64,000 bases of DNA from Octopus sinensis (GCF_006345805.1 NC_043019.1:12027360-12091359); one strand, 5' to 3'; shown: positions 1 through 12,798, counted from the stretch's first letter. Made by a program: numbers and translations. Notes: generated by a model not told the origin, from the sequence alone.

Positions 1-2064
1 AAAGACCGCTGGAGAGAATTCGTCCATGGATCTCGGGAATTTTGCTGTATGGTATAGACCTGGTAGCTTGCCGGTAAAGTATGTTCACTGGCTGGTAGTT
101 CGTTGGGTATGTAATTAATGAGAGAGATAGAAGAATATGAGAATCTTTATTTATCACTACAATTGTTTTGACCCATCTAGCATTAATCCCTCGTGGGTGG
201 GTTACTATACAACTTGTTTAGGTGTATCCCTCAGTCTAGATGTGTCTCCTCAAGTGATTTCAAGTGGTATCTTATTTAAATAAACTCTGTTTTGCAAAAT
301 TTCTTCTTGGTCTTCGTATATAGAAATAACAAATTAAGGGATACGGCTTCATTGTTATAGAAGATCCATAACAAAGGATCAGGTACTTAAAGAAACAAAT
401 ACACAATACAGCGTATAAAATATTAGATATAAGTGTTAGTAGATAGGAATGTACAAACGCCCACGTGTATGTGGTCTGGTGCATGTACACTTGTTTATGC
501 AAATGGATATGCACATAAAAGCACACACGTGTCATCTGGCACACATAGGCTTGCACACAGAATTAGGTTATTAATAAAATCAGTGGCTATTAGCGCGGTC
601 CACTGAGCCTGGCTGGTATACTTTCAGTACTTGTACTGTCATAAATATGGACATAAATACTGAACTAGCAGATCAATATTTTTTGAATGAACAACTAATG
701 GAATAACCAACATCCTGTAAAAAGCATCAGTACCAGGGTTAAGATATCCTGTGTAGCTTGTCTTAGGTTTTCTTTGTGTTTTCATCCCACCGTGAGTGAT
801 ACATATTGAGAGACACAAGTTAGTATTTATCTCACTTTAAGCAGTATACAATGGCCAAGGCGTATCCCAGTGACATTGGTAGCTAGTGTGACATTGTGTT
901 TATAATGGGGAGGTTGTAGCTATTCATCCATACAATTGGGTTAAAGCATGGTTATTAATCTAGTCAACGTTTACTCATTGGCTCACTGTATTGGACACAG
1001 TGTATTGTGGCCCACTGTATTGTGTGAAAGGGCATTTAGTAGCATTCAAGTATCTTGTTAGAATTTTAAAAATCTTATTAGCAAGCTTCTCATTGGTTCA
1101 CAAAATACACAACAATTCTTTGGAATACAGTCTGCATCTCCTGAAAAGAACATTCTACAGTTTTGCATATCTTATTATAGACCAAGTGAGATCATATTTA
1201 CCATATTTTAACTTGTATAAGGAACCCTCTGACTTTTTGGGCTTAAAATTTGGAAAAAGGTTTTGTAAGGGGTTATAATACTATCCATGTATACTCTTTA
1301 CTCTCTTTTACTCTTTTACTTGTTTCAGTCATTTGACTGCGGCCCTGCTGGAGCACCGCCTTTTGTCGAGCAAATCGCCCCCAGGACTTATTCTTTGTAA
1401 GCCTAGTACTTATTGTATCGGTCTCTTTTGACGAACCACTAAGTTACGGGGACATAAACACACCAGCATTGGTTGTCAAGCAATGTTTAGGGGACAAACA
1501 CAGTCACACAAACATACACATACATATATATATATATACATATATACGATGGGCTTCTTTCAGTGTCAAGGTGCCACTCAGTGGGACTGAACCCGAAACC
1601 ATGTGGTTCATAAGCAAGCTAAGAAACTTCCATATTTTTTTAACCTAATTTTTGACAAGAAAATGTTCCTTACACACTTTAAAATTCAGTAATCTTATCC
1701 TCTTTAAGTTGCCACACAAAACCAGCCAAAAATGTCAAAGTGGTTTATGTCAAGGTTCATACAATCCAGTACTAAGACTGAAGGTAGCATCAGGGAGATT
1801 TACTCTACAGTAATCTTTTTCAATATTGATGTTAAGTCTGAAGTTCTTATATTATATCTTTTATGCTTTACTTGTTTCAGGCATTGGACTGTGGCCTGTA
1901 GCCATGCTGGGGGGCATTGCCTTGAAGAACTTTTTGTTGAGTTAATTGATCCCACTACTTATTTTTTGTTAAGCCTGGTACTTATTCTGTCAGTCTCTTT
2001 TGCTGAACCACTAAGTTATGGGAATGTTACCACCAGCACTGACTGTCAAGTAGTGGAGAGGAGA

Positions 2065-2120
<56 letters not shown>

Positions 2121-2497
2121 AGGCTTCTTTCAGTTTTTTTTTTCTCGAATCCAATCACAAGACTTTGTGAGTGGATTTGGTAGTCGCTATAGTAGAGGAC
2201 ACTGAAGGTGCCATGCAATGGGACTGAACCCAGAACCATGTGACTGGAATGCAAGCTTCTTTTATTCATTACATTGGCCATAAAGTGATGTTAAGTCTGA
2301 AGTTCTTATATTATATCTTTTGTGTTTTGCTTGTTTCAGGCATTAGACTGTGGCCTGTAGCCATGCTGGGGGGGGGGGGGGGGGGCATTGCCTTGAAGAA
2401 CTTCTTGTTGAGTTCTGCTATAGCTTCGGGCTGACCAAAACCTTGTGAGTGGATTTGGTAGACGGAAACTGAAAGAAGCCCATCGTATGTATGTATG

Positions 2498-2529
<32 letters not shown>

Positions 2530-2685
2530 TATGTGAAATAGAAAGATGAATAATCTTGTTGCAGATTAATCAAAAGTTTAACCGATACCTTGGTAGCAAA
2601 AATCACAGCAGAAGACATATATATATATATATATATATGTGTATATATATATGTATATATGTATATATGTGTATATATATATGTA

Positions 2686-2767
<82 letters not shown>

Positions 2768-3267
2768 ATATATATATATATGTATATATATATATGTATA
2801 TATGTGTGTGAGTTTGTGTGTCTGTGTTTGTCCCCCCAACATCGCTTGACAACCGATGCTGGTGTGTTTACGTCCTTGTAACTTAGCGGTTCGACAAATG
2901 AGATCGATAGAATAAGTACTAGGCTTACAAAGAAAGAAAGCTATGGGCTGGACGTAGACATAATGATACGAATGACAAACGAAATGATGATAAATGAGGG
3001 CAACAAGCAACGCCCGCCGATTGCTGTTTTCCCAAGAACTTTGTTCTTTTTTAGTTTCATACTCTTACATTTTTTCAGTTCAAAAAATCATTTATGAGGC
3101 AATAAACCTCTTGCATTTTTCACAATATAAAAATTCCTTAACGAGGTGGGAAACCTCTTACATTTTTCACAGTTTTATACAAAAACCATTTATGAAGCAA
3201 TAAACCTCTTACACAATTCAATACAATAAAAATACAATAACAATGAGGCACTTACCTTTATTGTCAG

Positions 3268-4088
3268 TTATAAGCCTTCCCGCCTGACCTGGCTCCTCAC
3301 CTTAGTCAAACACCTAGACCAGTGCTTTTCAAACTTTTTGCTGAAGCGGAACCTCAAGGAAACGTTCCACTGGCTCGAGGAACCCCTGTGCAATAATTTA
3401 ATTGTCTTATGCACACATATCTGCACAGGAGAATTAAAAATTACTGTCGATTTTAGCATTTTTGTAACTTCTTGCGGAACCGCAGGACTGTACAGGCGGA
3501 ACCCTGGTTGAAAACCACTGACCTAGACGGTGCCAAGTTGGGCCGTTTTAACACAAATCTAAAAGTGTCCTCTGGGAAGGAGTTCATATTTCTGCACAGA
3601 TCGGTTGCCCATATGACCTCTGCAGCCATCTGTGCAGGACAGAATCCCCTCCCTTCGGCCTTTCTTTTTAAACTTCTTAACAAAGCTTTCTAATATCCCT
3701 ACCTTATGGGAATGGACCACAAATTCCTCCTCACATCATGGGAGGGGTCTACTACAGTTTCCATCTTTGGTGGCACAACTCCCATTGAAGGTGCTTCGGA
3801 ACATGCCAGTAGTGTATCACAAACTGCTGGCAATTTCCCATTTTCCTTTTTCTTCTTTTTTTTTCCTCCTTGAGCCACGGGAGGGTGGAGTTCTTCCGTT
3901 TTATCCAAAAGGTTTTCCCTCCCTCCCGCAGCCTTCAAGGAGGCTTCCACCTCCTCGACTTCCTCCTTCACTCCCTCCAATGAGGAAGCAGTGAGTAGTA
4001 TCCTTATTGACTGCTCCAGGACCTTATTTTGGTCCTGAGGGCAGTTCATTTTGATATGGCTTGGTTCCAGGCACAGGTAAAACATCAT
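3268..4088 (-). mobile_element. Degraded non-LTR retrotransposon-like remnant (zinc-knuckle-like YLCLEPSHIKMNCP), interrupted by a hAT MITE
   Basis: CCHC-like spacing with the first Cys lost; removing the MITE rejoins one reading frame (RPNLAPSR-CLTKVRSQVRREGL*). Confidence 0.4.
3320..3520. mobile_element. hAT-superfamily MITE
   Basis: TIRs CAGTGCTTTTCAAAC / GGTTGAAAACCACTG; perfect 8-bp TSD ACCTAGAC at 3312-3319 and 3521-3528. Confidence 0.9.
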
Positions 4089-4109
4089 ATGGATTATGGT
4101 TGTCTAAAT

Positions 4110-4845
4110 AAAACCAATACTTTGTGGTTCATTATCCCCTTTGCAAGTCAAATTAAAAGTAACATAGTCAAATCTGTTTATTTATCAATACAGAAGCATT
4201 CAAATAAAGATAATAAGTATAGTGAAATTATTAATTCTAAATATATAAAAGTTGGTCATTCTCTTTCGAAGAATTTCTTTGCAATTATATCCTCAATTAA
4301 TAATAGAAAATTAGATACCATTTATAGCAATCGTAATCTAAATAAAAATGAAGTTAGGGTAAATTATAATAATAGAAGGTATATAACCCATATTAACTCT
4401 CTTTCTAACTCAAATAATGGGAATAATAAAAATGTAAATAATTGTATTAATTATGGTGTTAATATAAATTGTGATTGTAGGATTAACAAAAAGTGTGAAC
4501 TTCATAATAATTGTAAACAGGATAACCTAGTATACAGGTGTATAGTTAAATCTGAAGGGAAGGAATACTATTACATAGATTCAACTGAAACTAGATTTAA
4601 ATGAAGAATTGCAAGCCATGAAAGTTGTTTTAGAAATAGGCATAAAATTAATAAACACTAGTCTCAGCAAATTTATATGGATGTTAAAGGATAATCAGTA
4701 TGATTATATGATTAGATGGGTGGTTGTAAGCTATACCAGAGCTTATCAAATTTCAGATAAGAAATGTCAATTATGTACTAATGTGACTTTTCAAATAATA
4801 AAATCTAAGCATAAATTGATTAATTCTAGGAAAGAGAAATTTTAG
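4110..4845 (+). mobile_element. Penelope-like element, degenerate GIY-YIG endonuclease region
   Basis: NCDCRINKKCELHNNCKQDNLVYRCIV...YYIDSTETRFK*RIASHESCF...TSLSKFIWMLKD...KKCQLC, the Cys-rich plus GIY-YIG layout of PLEs; contains a stop and a frameshift. Confidence 0.8.
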
Positions 4846-5463
4846 TTTAGTTTGTTGCTACTACTCAAAATATATTTTCAGAAGATTTAATTAAGTAGTA
4901 AATTAATAATAAGTAATTAAACTGAAAATTATAAGTATAAAATGATATAAAATAAACATAAAATAAAGTGTATAGCCCCTAAACACAAATGAATTAACTT
5001 GGTGAGGGTGAATATTTTAATTTGTTGTGGTTAACCTAAATATACTTTAGAAAATTAAATTTGATAGATAAATAAAGCCAAACATTAAAAATTCAAACAT
5101 AATATAATAACTATAGCTTAATTTAGAAACTAAACATAGATTAAGATAATTAGAAATAATTAAAAGTAATTTCATATTAATGATGATATCAAATATTGAC
5201 CTTTACTATCAGATAATATTACTTTTTAATTTAGATAAGATTAACCATACATAGGTTGAAACAACATAAATATAAATAACATATAGTATATCATATTATA
5301 TTATACTTAAATATAGGCTTTATAATAATATTGTGTATTGATCTTTACTAATTAACCAAATAAAGTAATACATTTTAATTTGGATACAAGTATTATGAAT
5401 ATATACATTAAAAATTTAAGCAAAATTAATATAACGGAATTTACAAACCTAACATAGGTTAAA

Positions 5464-5976
5464 TCTATATATATAAAACTGTAGTTGTGTGAGTGTCTGT
5501 CTCCTACGATTTAGATTCCTAACTACTCCCACATTTTGCGGTGCAGTTTAACCAAATTCGGGTATCTTATAGTCGTGATTCATATCGAGCCCGTCTGAGT
5601 ATTAGCGCGCGTCTACGATGAGTCTACGATTTTAAAAATAATTTAACATCATTTTTTATTCCATTTTAATGCATAACTTTTCGTGTGTCGATGGCGGCGG
5701 AGTTGGCATCCACGCTCACACCTGCACCTGTTTGCTTCTCCCCCTTCTTCCCTCCCTCGTGAAGCTGTGGGGAAGGGAGTGTAAGGAAATCAACGTCGTA
5801 AAGCGTTGTCAAGGAGACCAGCGTTCTTTTAGAACAACGACTTCATGGCTTGAAGACACCAAAACAGAAATGGCTAAGAAAGCCCAAATTGGCATCTATA
5901 AGGGAAGTAACTCTCTAAAAATGCTTATATAGTTATTTCCCTTACAAACCCGAGCAACGCCGGGCGATACTGCTAG
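5464..5976 (+). mobile_element. Non-autonomous Helitron
   Basis: 5' TC start (A/TCTATATATATAAA), 3' GC hairpin CCCGAGCAACGCCGGG (5949-5964) followed by CTAG, inserted between A and T with no TSD. Confidence 0.8.
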
Positions 5977-6342
5977 TATAATATAAACGTAAATAACATA
6001 CACTATATTGTATAATTCTTAAATATCAGTTTGGTAATAATATTGAGTATAAGTCTCTATTAATTAATCGCATAGTATAGTATATTTTAATTTAGATACA
6101 AATACTTTAAATCTATCGATAATATATATTTTGATGATGTAATACACGGAATAAATCCACGTACTAATCATAAATATATAACCTAGGCCTACATATGAAT
6201 ATTAAGTGCCCCATCCCAATATACATCTAAATATATAAATTTATAATACTATACTATATAATAGCAAGAAATCAATAACTAAATATAAACAACAAGAGCA
6301 TCCAGAGAGTGCAAACCTCTGTCAATGCAATATATATATATG

Positions 6343-6376
<34 letters not shown>

Positions 6377-6474
6377 ACGGAAAGCTTTATGAAAATAGAC
6401 AAAAGACAAAGGCAGGTGGGAAACAAACAAACAATTGTAATAGTATGGCGCTCAGGAAATATAAATAAAACAAG

Positions 6475-6512
6475 TCTTTAACGTTTCGAGCCTACGCTCT
6501 TCAACAGAAAGA
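6475..6512 (-). ncRNA. Minimal type-I hammerhead-like motif (U at core position 6) in a PLE-associated repeat
   Basis: Minus strand: TCTTT CTGTTGA A GAGC GTAG GCTC GAAA CG TT AAAGA. Confidence 0.6.
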
Positions 6513-7049
6513 TACACAGAGAGAAAAAAAACAGAGAAAGAAGGAGAGAAAAAAAATGCGTGCAGTAACTAACGAATCAACATGGCGATCTGATTTCGGC
6601 CAGAGGTCAAAGATCAAACATGAGACGCGAGAGCGAAATAAGGGGAGATAATAGGGTTGATAATAGGGTATATATATATATATATACACTTTGTTTTTGT
6701 ATCTGGTCTGCAAAATTTTTTACGTGAATTCGTGTGTTGAAGCAAATTATGTTGTGTCTGGGGAGAGTCAAATTGTCTTAATGCCTTGTCATTTAACACA
6801 CTCACAGGTTCGATTTCCACTCATTTGCTTATTTACATTTTTTCTTCCGAAATTTTTGTTGGCTTTTGCAGCTTTGTCAATGGATGTTGACTGTCCATTT
6901 TCTGTCAGTTCCAGTCAACCAAATTCACTCACAAGGTTTTGGCTGCCCAAAGGCTATAGTAGAAAACACATGACCAAAATGCCACACTGTGGGACTGAAC
7001 CTGGAACCATGCTATTGGCATGCAAATATCTTAACACACAGCCCTCCCT

Positions 7050-7240
7050 GAGTGTTTTCTGAAACTATTTCAGCCTACGCCAATCTTGTTCTTCAGTCAC
7101 CATTTAGGTCTTACCATTCTTGTCTTTTACTGGAATGTTTGCATTACCCTTACCTCCCATATGCTCCCTTAGAGTGCAGTACAGTCTTTGCATCATTTGA
7201 TCTGGCCACTTCCTCTGCCCCAGGACACATTCTTTACCTT
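7050..7240 (-). mobile_element. RTE-like LINE ORF fragment
   Basis: Minus translation RLYCTLREHMGGKGNANIPVKDKNGK.*MVTEEQDWRR resembles the RTE endonuclease-RT linker. Confidence 0.5.
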
Positions 7241-7299
7241 TTGCTCCTTCCTGTACATATCTTTTGAACCATCATTTTTGCATTGGATCTCAACATATA

Positions 7300-7473
7300 G
7301 GCGCAGGAGTGGCTGTGTGGTAAGTAGCTTGCTAACCAACCACGTGGTTCCGGGTTCAGTCCCACTGCGTGGCACCTTGGGCAAGTGTCTTCTGCTATAG
7401 CCCCCAGGCCGACCAATGCCTTGTGAGTGGATTTGGTAGATGGAAACTGAAAGAAGCCTGTCGTATATATGTA

Positions 7474-7546
<73 letters not shown>

Positions 7547-8024
7547 TTGTGTGTCTGTGTTTGTCCCCCTAGCATTGCTTGACAACCGATGCTGGTGTGT
7601 TTATGTCCCCGTCACTTAGCGGTTCGGCAAAAAGAGACCGATAGAATAAGTACTGGGCTTACAAAAGAATAAGTCCCGGGGTCGAGTTGCTCGACTAAAA
7701 GGCGGTGCTCCAGCAAGTGTCTTCTGCTATAGCCCCGGGCCGACCAATACCTTGTGAGTGGATTTGGTAGATGGAAACTGAAAGAAGCCTGTCGTATATA
7801 TGTATGTTTGTGTGTCTGTGTTTGTTCCCCTAGCATTGCTTGACAACCGATGCTGGTGTGTTTACGTCCCCCGTCACTTAGCGGTTCGGCAAAAAGAGAC
7901 CGATAGAATAAGTACTGGGCTTACAAAAAGAATAAGTCCCGGGGTCGAGTTGCTCGACTAAAAAAGGCGGTGCTCCAGCATGGCCGCAGTCAAAATGACT
8001 GAAACAAGTTAAAAGAGTAAAAGA
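7300..8024 (+). mobile_element. tRNA-derived SINE family A with tandem duplication of its 3' three quarters
   Basis: A box TGGCTGTGTGG, B box GGTTCAGTCCC, CORE-like caccttgggcaagtg, internal (TA)n, tail ccagcatggccgcagtcaaatgactgaaac. Confidence 0.9.
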
Positions 8025-9254
8025 GCATATGCAGCACTCGGTGCACATTCTGTGTTGCAGCAGTCTGATATGGAGAGCTGCATGTATGTTTTCACACATG
8101 TGGGATGTGTGTTTGCTTAGAAACAAGATCGAATATTGCTTTAATTGACTGCGGTTGCTTTGCATGTATTTGTTTACTACAGCCATACATTTACATAAGC
8201 TATGAACCAACAGGGTGTCAGTTCTCACAACATAACTGAAATATTTGCATGTATGTGTGTCTGCACGACTCCCTGTCTGTGTGTCTGCGAGTTCTTGTTC
8301 TTACCAAATATCACACCCAACTAATTTATTTATTTATTTATTTTTTTTTGTTGAATATTTGATAAAATAGTCTGGGGTACTTCATCATCATCATCATCAT
8401 CATCATCATTTTAACGTTCGCTTTTCCATACTTGTATGGGTTGGATGGAGTCTATTGAGGCAATGTGTTTATGGCCAGATGCTCAGCCTTGCATCAACAC
8501 TCTCTTGTTTCCAAGCAAAGTAAATATTTCCCCTTGGCCAGACATGTTTTTGCAGAATAATGAAAATGAATGATACTGCTTATATGACAGTGACACTCAC
8601 TTACAGCTATGAAACTAAAGCAAAACAAGGAAATGCAAACACACACACATCCACACTTACATACACACAAACACACACACACACAAATACACACACACAC
8701 TCACTCAAATGCATACACACACACACTCGCTCAAATGCATACACACACACACACTCGCTCAAATGCACACACACACCCATCCACACTTACACACACACAA
8801 ACACACACACACACACACACAATGATGGGTTTCTTTCAGTTTCCATCAAACAAATCCACTCACGAGACTTTGGTCAGCCCAAGGTTGAAGTTGAAGATTA
8901 TCTGAGGTGTACATTATTTACATTATGTACATTATTTACATTTGACGGATATTTGTCCTCATCTTGTTTGTTGTTCAGGTGTCTTGGTGGAAATTCAAAC
9001 CTGGGTTCTCATTCTTAAGGTATTTTTTTTTTGATGTTATTATTATTGTCATTATTAATATTATTCAGGTCACTACCTGGAATCGAACTCAGAATCTTGG
9101 AGTTAGTAGCCCTCGCTCTTAACTACTACACCATCTACCAATCCACTCACAAATTTTAGGTAAGCCCATGGCTATAGTAGAGGACATTTGCCTGAGATGC
9201 CATACAAGTGGACCCACCAAAGATCACATGGTTGGGAAGAAAACTTCTTATCAC

Positions 9255-9698
9255 ATAGTCATACCTATATATAAAGCCACAGTCGAACCAATTCTACTAT
9301 ATGGCTCAGAAACCTGGACGTTATCAAAGAAGCTTGAGAATTGGTTGGATGGAACTACACTCGCCTCCTTATGAGAGCTCAAATCTCTCGTGGAGGCGCC
9401 ATCCAACCAAAATGCAAATATATGGGAAACTACCACGTGTCGTCTCTTGTGAAGGTAGGAGAGTCCAGTTGCTGGACATTGTTGTAGAGCTGAAAACGAG
9501 GGGGCAATTTCTACTCTTCTCCTCTGGAAGCCATCTGCTCGCGATACAGAGGGCCGCACACTCTCCTACCCTGATGTAATCTCCAGGGATACAGGCATCC
9601 AGCAACAGGACCTCCGTAATGCCATGATGGACCGTGAAGTCTGGCGTAGCATGGTAAATTCCATTGTCTCGACCACGGTCGAACAATGATGGTGATGA
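9255..9698 (+). mobile_element. 5'-truncated RTE LINE 3' end
   Basis: KATVEPILLYGSETWTL...DLRNAMMDREVWRSMVNSIVSTTVEQ* followed by a (TGA)n-like tail; frameshifted. Confidence 0.85.
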
Positions 9699-9748
9699 TA
9701 TATCCACATAAATCCGTATAATTCCTCTGTCTCTGCCATGGGGTTGGA

Positions 9749-11335
9749 CATCATCATCATCATCATCATCATCATTTAACATCCGCTTTCCATGCTAGCA
9801 TGGGTTGGACGGTTCAACTGGGGTCTGGGGAGCCCGAAGGCTGCACCAGGCCAGTCAGATCTGGCAGTGTTTCTACAGCTGGATGCCCTTCCTAACGCCA
9901 ACCACTCCGAGAGTGTAGTGGGTGATTTCATGTGCCACCGACACAGGTGCCAGACGAGGCTGGCGAACGCCACGCTCGGATGGTGTTTTTTATGTCCACC
10001 GACACAGGTTGCCAGACGAAGCTAACGAACGGCCACACTCGGATGGTGTTTTTTATGTGTCCACCACCGACACAGGTGCCAGACAAGGCTGGCAGACGAC
10101 CACGCTCGTATGGTGTTTTTATGTGTCCCGACACAGGTGCCAGACGAGGCTGTGAACGGCCACGCTCGTATGGTGTTTTTATGTGCAACCGACACAGGTG
10201 CACGCTCGGATGGTGTTTTTTTTTATGTGCCCCGACACAGGTGCCAGACGAGGCTGGCGAACGGCCACGCTCGGATGGTGTTTTTATGTGCCACCGACAC
10301 AGGTGCCAGATTTGGCTGGCGATCGGCCACGATTGGATGTGATTGTTACGTGCCCACAGCATGGAGGCCAGTCGTGTGCGGTACTGGCTACGGCCACGTT
10401 CGGATGGTTTTCTTGTGTGCCACCGGCACTGGTACCACAAGGATACAAATTCCATTGATGTTCATCTATTTTGATTTTGTTGTTTGATTTTTGATTTTCA
10501 CTTGTCTCAACAGGTCTTCACAAGTATCACAGAAGGAAGGTATGCACATGTGGACTGACTACGTCCCAGGTAGGGGCCACGGTTATGGCCTGACTAGTCT
10601 TGCCGGGTCTTCTCACGCACAGCATACTTCCATAGTCTCGTCCTCTAGTCATTTCCTTGGTGAGACCTAAACTTCGTAGGTCGTGCTTCACCACTTCGTC
10701 CCGGTTTTTTCCTGGGTCTACCTCTTCCACAGGTTCCCTCAACTGCTAGGGTGTAGCACTTTTCACACACAACTATCTTCACGCCATTCTCGTCATATGA
10801 CCATACCAGCGCAGCCGTCTCTCTTGCACACCACAACTGACGCTTCTTAGGTTCAACTTTTTTCTCAAGGTACTTACACCTCTGACGATTATGAACACTG
10901 ACATTACACATCCATCGGAGCATACTGGCTTCATTTCTTGCGAGCTTACGCATATCCTCAGCACTCACGGCCCATGTTTCACTACCATGTAGCATGGCTG
11001 TACGTACACATGCATCATAAAGTCTGCCTTTTACTCTGAGCGAGAGGCCTTTTGTCACCAGCAGGGTAAGAGCTCTCTAAACTTTGCCCAGGCTATTCTT
11101 ACTCTAGCAGTTACACTTTCAGCACACCCCACCCCCGCTACTAACTTGGTCTCCTAGGTAGTGGAAGCTTATCAACTACTTCTAGTTTGTTTCCCTGGAA
11201 CGTGGTAAAGTTGGTCTCTGCACATTCCAGTGTTTATTTCTCCTGAGCATCTGCCACATACGAAAACTATCTTCCCAGTTAGCCTACCTTTGACATTGCT
11301 GCACCTCTTATGTGTCCATAGCTTACACTTGGTGC
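9749..11335 (-). mobile_element. 5'-truncated RTE LINE with a tandem-repeat-containing 3' UTR and (TGA)n tail
   Basis: KGRLYDACVRTAMLHGSETWAV...GRGRPRK on the minus strand; about 45-50 bp repeats at about 9930-10430; (CAT)n on the plus strand at 9749. Confidence 0.88.
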
Positions 11336-12027
11336 ACCTTATAGAGTTTCTTTAAAAATGTTTAAAACAAACAACTTAATTTATATCAAACAAGACAATT
11401 CGTCTGCCTTCTTTCTCAGCTGTTTGAGGACCAATCCTCCTTCTATAAGAACAACTGCTCTTGGTGACATTCTGAATTTAGGTACATTCACTGTGATTCC
11501 AAGCCTTCCTTGTTTGCACCTTCTATTTAGGGTGTGAACTACCCTGTGTTTCAAGCAATATCTAGCATTCCAAGAGTGTTATGGTGACCCTGCTTCAATC
11601 GTCACCATGCTGTCACTTGTTTCGAAAGCTATCCAGTATCTATACATTATGACACAGTAGTCGTGACCTCGTTTGTGAAGATAAGGTGGTGGTGGTGAAG
11701 GTGATAGTGATAGCGGTGACGGAGAGGAAGGAGAGAAGTTGTTCTCACTTGCTTAAAGGTGATATCCTCCTGCATTCTGTATTAGTTACAATGACCCTGG
11801 CTGTTAGGTTAATCACCTTTTTACTCAGGTGGCCCGAGGCTATGGTAGAAGACACTTGCCCAAGGTGCCATGCAGTGGGACTGAACCCGGAACCATGTAG
11901 TTGGTAAGCAAGCTACTTACCACACAGCCACATATACATACAACTATTTATATTTTCCATTGTTTTCTTATATAATCCTGAAATATATATACATATAAAT
12001 GTGGGTTTGTGTATATATATATGTGTA

Positions 12028-12410
12028 GTGGAGGCGCAATGGCCCAGTGGTTAGGGCAGCGGACTCGCGGTCATAGGATCGCGGTTTCGATTCCCAGACC
12101 GGGCGTTGTGAGTGTTTATTGAGCGAAAACACCTAAAGCTCCACGAGGCTCTGGCAGGGATGGTGGTGATCCCTGCTGTACTCTTTCACCCACCACATTT
12201 CTCTCACTCTTACTTCCTGTTTCTGTTGTACCTGTATTTCAAAGGGCCTGCCTTGTCACTCTCTGTGTCCATGCCGAATATCCCCGAGAACTGCGTTAAG
12301 GTACACGTGTCTGTGGAGTGCTCACCACTTACACGTTAATTTCACGAGCAGGCTGTTCTGTTGGTCGGATCAACCGGAACCCTCGTCGTCATAACCGATG
12401 GAGTGCTTCC
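12028..12410 (+). mobile_element. tRNA-derived SINE family C
   Basis: Head ggcgcaatggcccagtggttagggcagcggactcgcgg...ggtttcgattccc with A and B boxes; related copies at 21060-21362, 37460-37763, 47233-47481, 59253-59553, 61141-61452. Confidence 0.85.
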
Positions 12411-12485
12411 ATCCATATATATGTGTGTGTGTTGGTGTGTAATTGTATATTATATATATATGTGTGTGTAAACTTCATATTTTTA

Positions 12486-12717
12486 TTAATCCTGTAGTGT
12501 TTAAAACAGCCCTATCTAGCCCAAACTATTCTAACTGTTTTATGTGCAAACTGGCCAGATCAGGCCTCTTATACTTATCCTACAATGTCATTATAAAAAT
12601 AAACAATCACATCATTGAGATCTCATAGCTTACTGGATAAGGCATGGATTAGCTCAAAGCCACGTGAATGAATAAGGATTACATTTGTGAGAATTATCTG
12701 AATGCTAAAGGGTTAAA
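12486..12717. mobile_element. piggyBac-type MITE
   Basis: TTAA at both ends; right end CTAAAGGG-TTAA, degenerate left end. Confidence 0.6.
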
Positions 12718-12798
12718 CATTTCGGCAAGTGAACTTCAGCTTCCTGTCTATTTGTCTGTCTGTCTGTCTGTCAGTCTGTCTCTCTGTCTGTCTGTCTC

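Noticed and set aside
960-1160. Possible terminal exon of a minus-strand gene (ttttcag acceptor near 1141)
   Set aside because: Short frames with no recognisable homology; unsupported
1827-2410. About 110-bp direct repeat (about 1827-1935 and about 2287-2410)
   Set aside because: Ordinary local duplication of a SINE tail plus flank
2529-3010. Long YI/IY, HT, poly-S/V/T ORFs in the ORF track (also about 26000, 29000, 33100, 39100, 56200)
   Set aside because: Translations of microsatellites
7300-7380. tRNA genes at SINE heads (also 12028, 27223, 61141)
   Set aside because: A and B boxes are present but they continue into SINE bodies and are multi-copy; no convincing full cloverleaf
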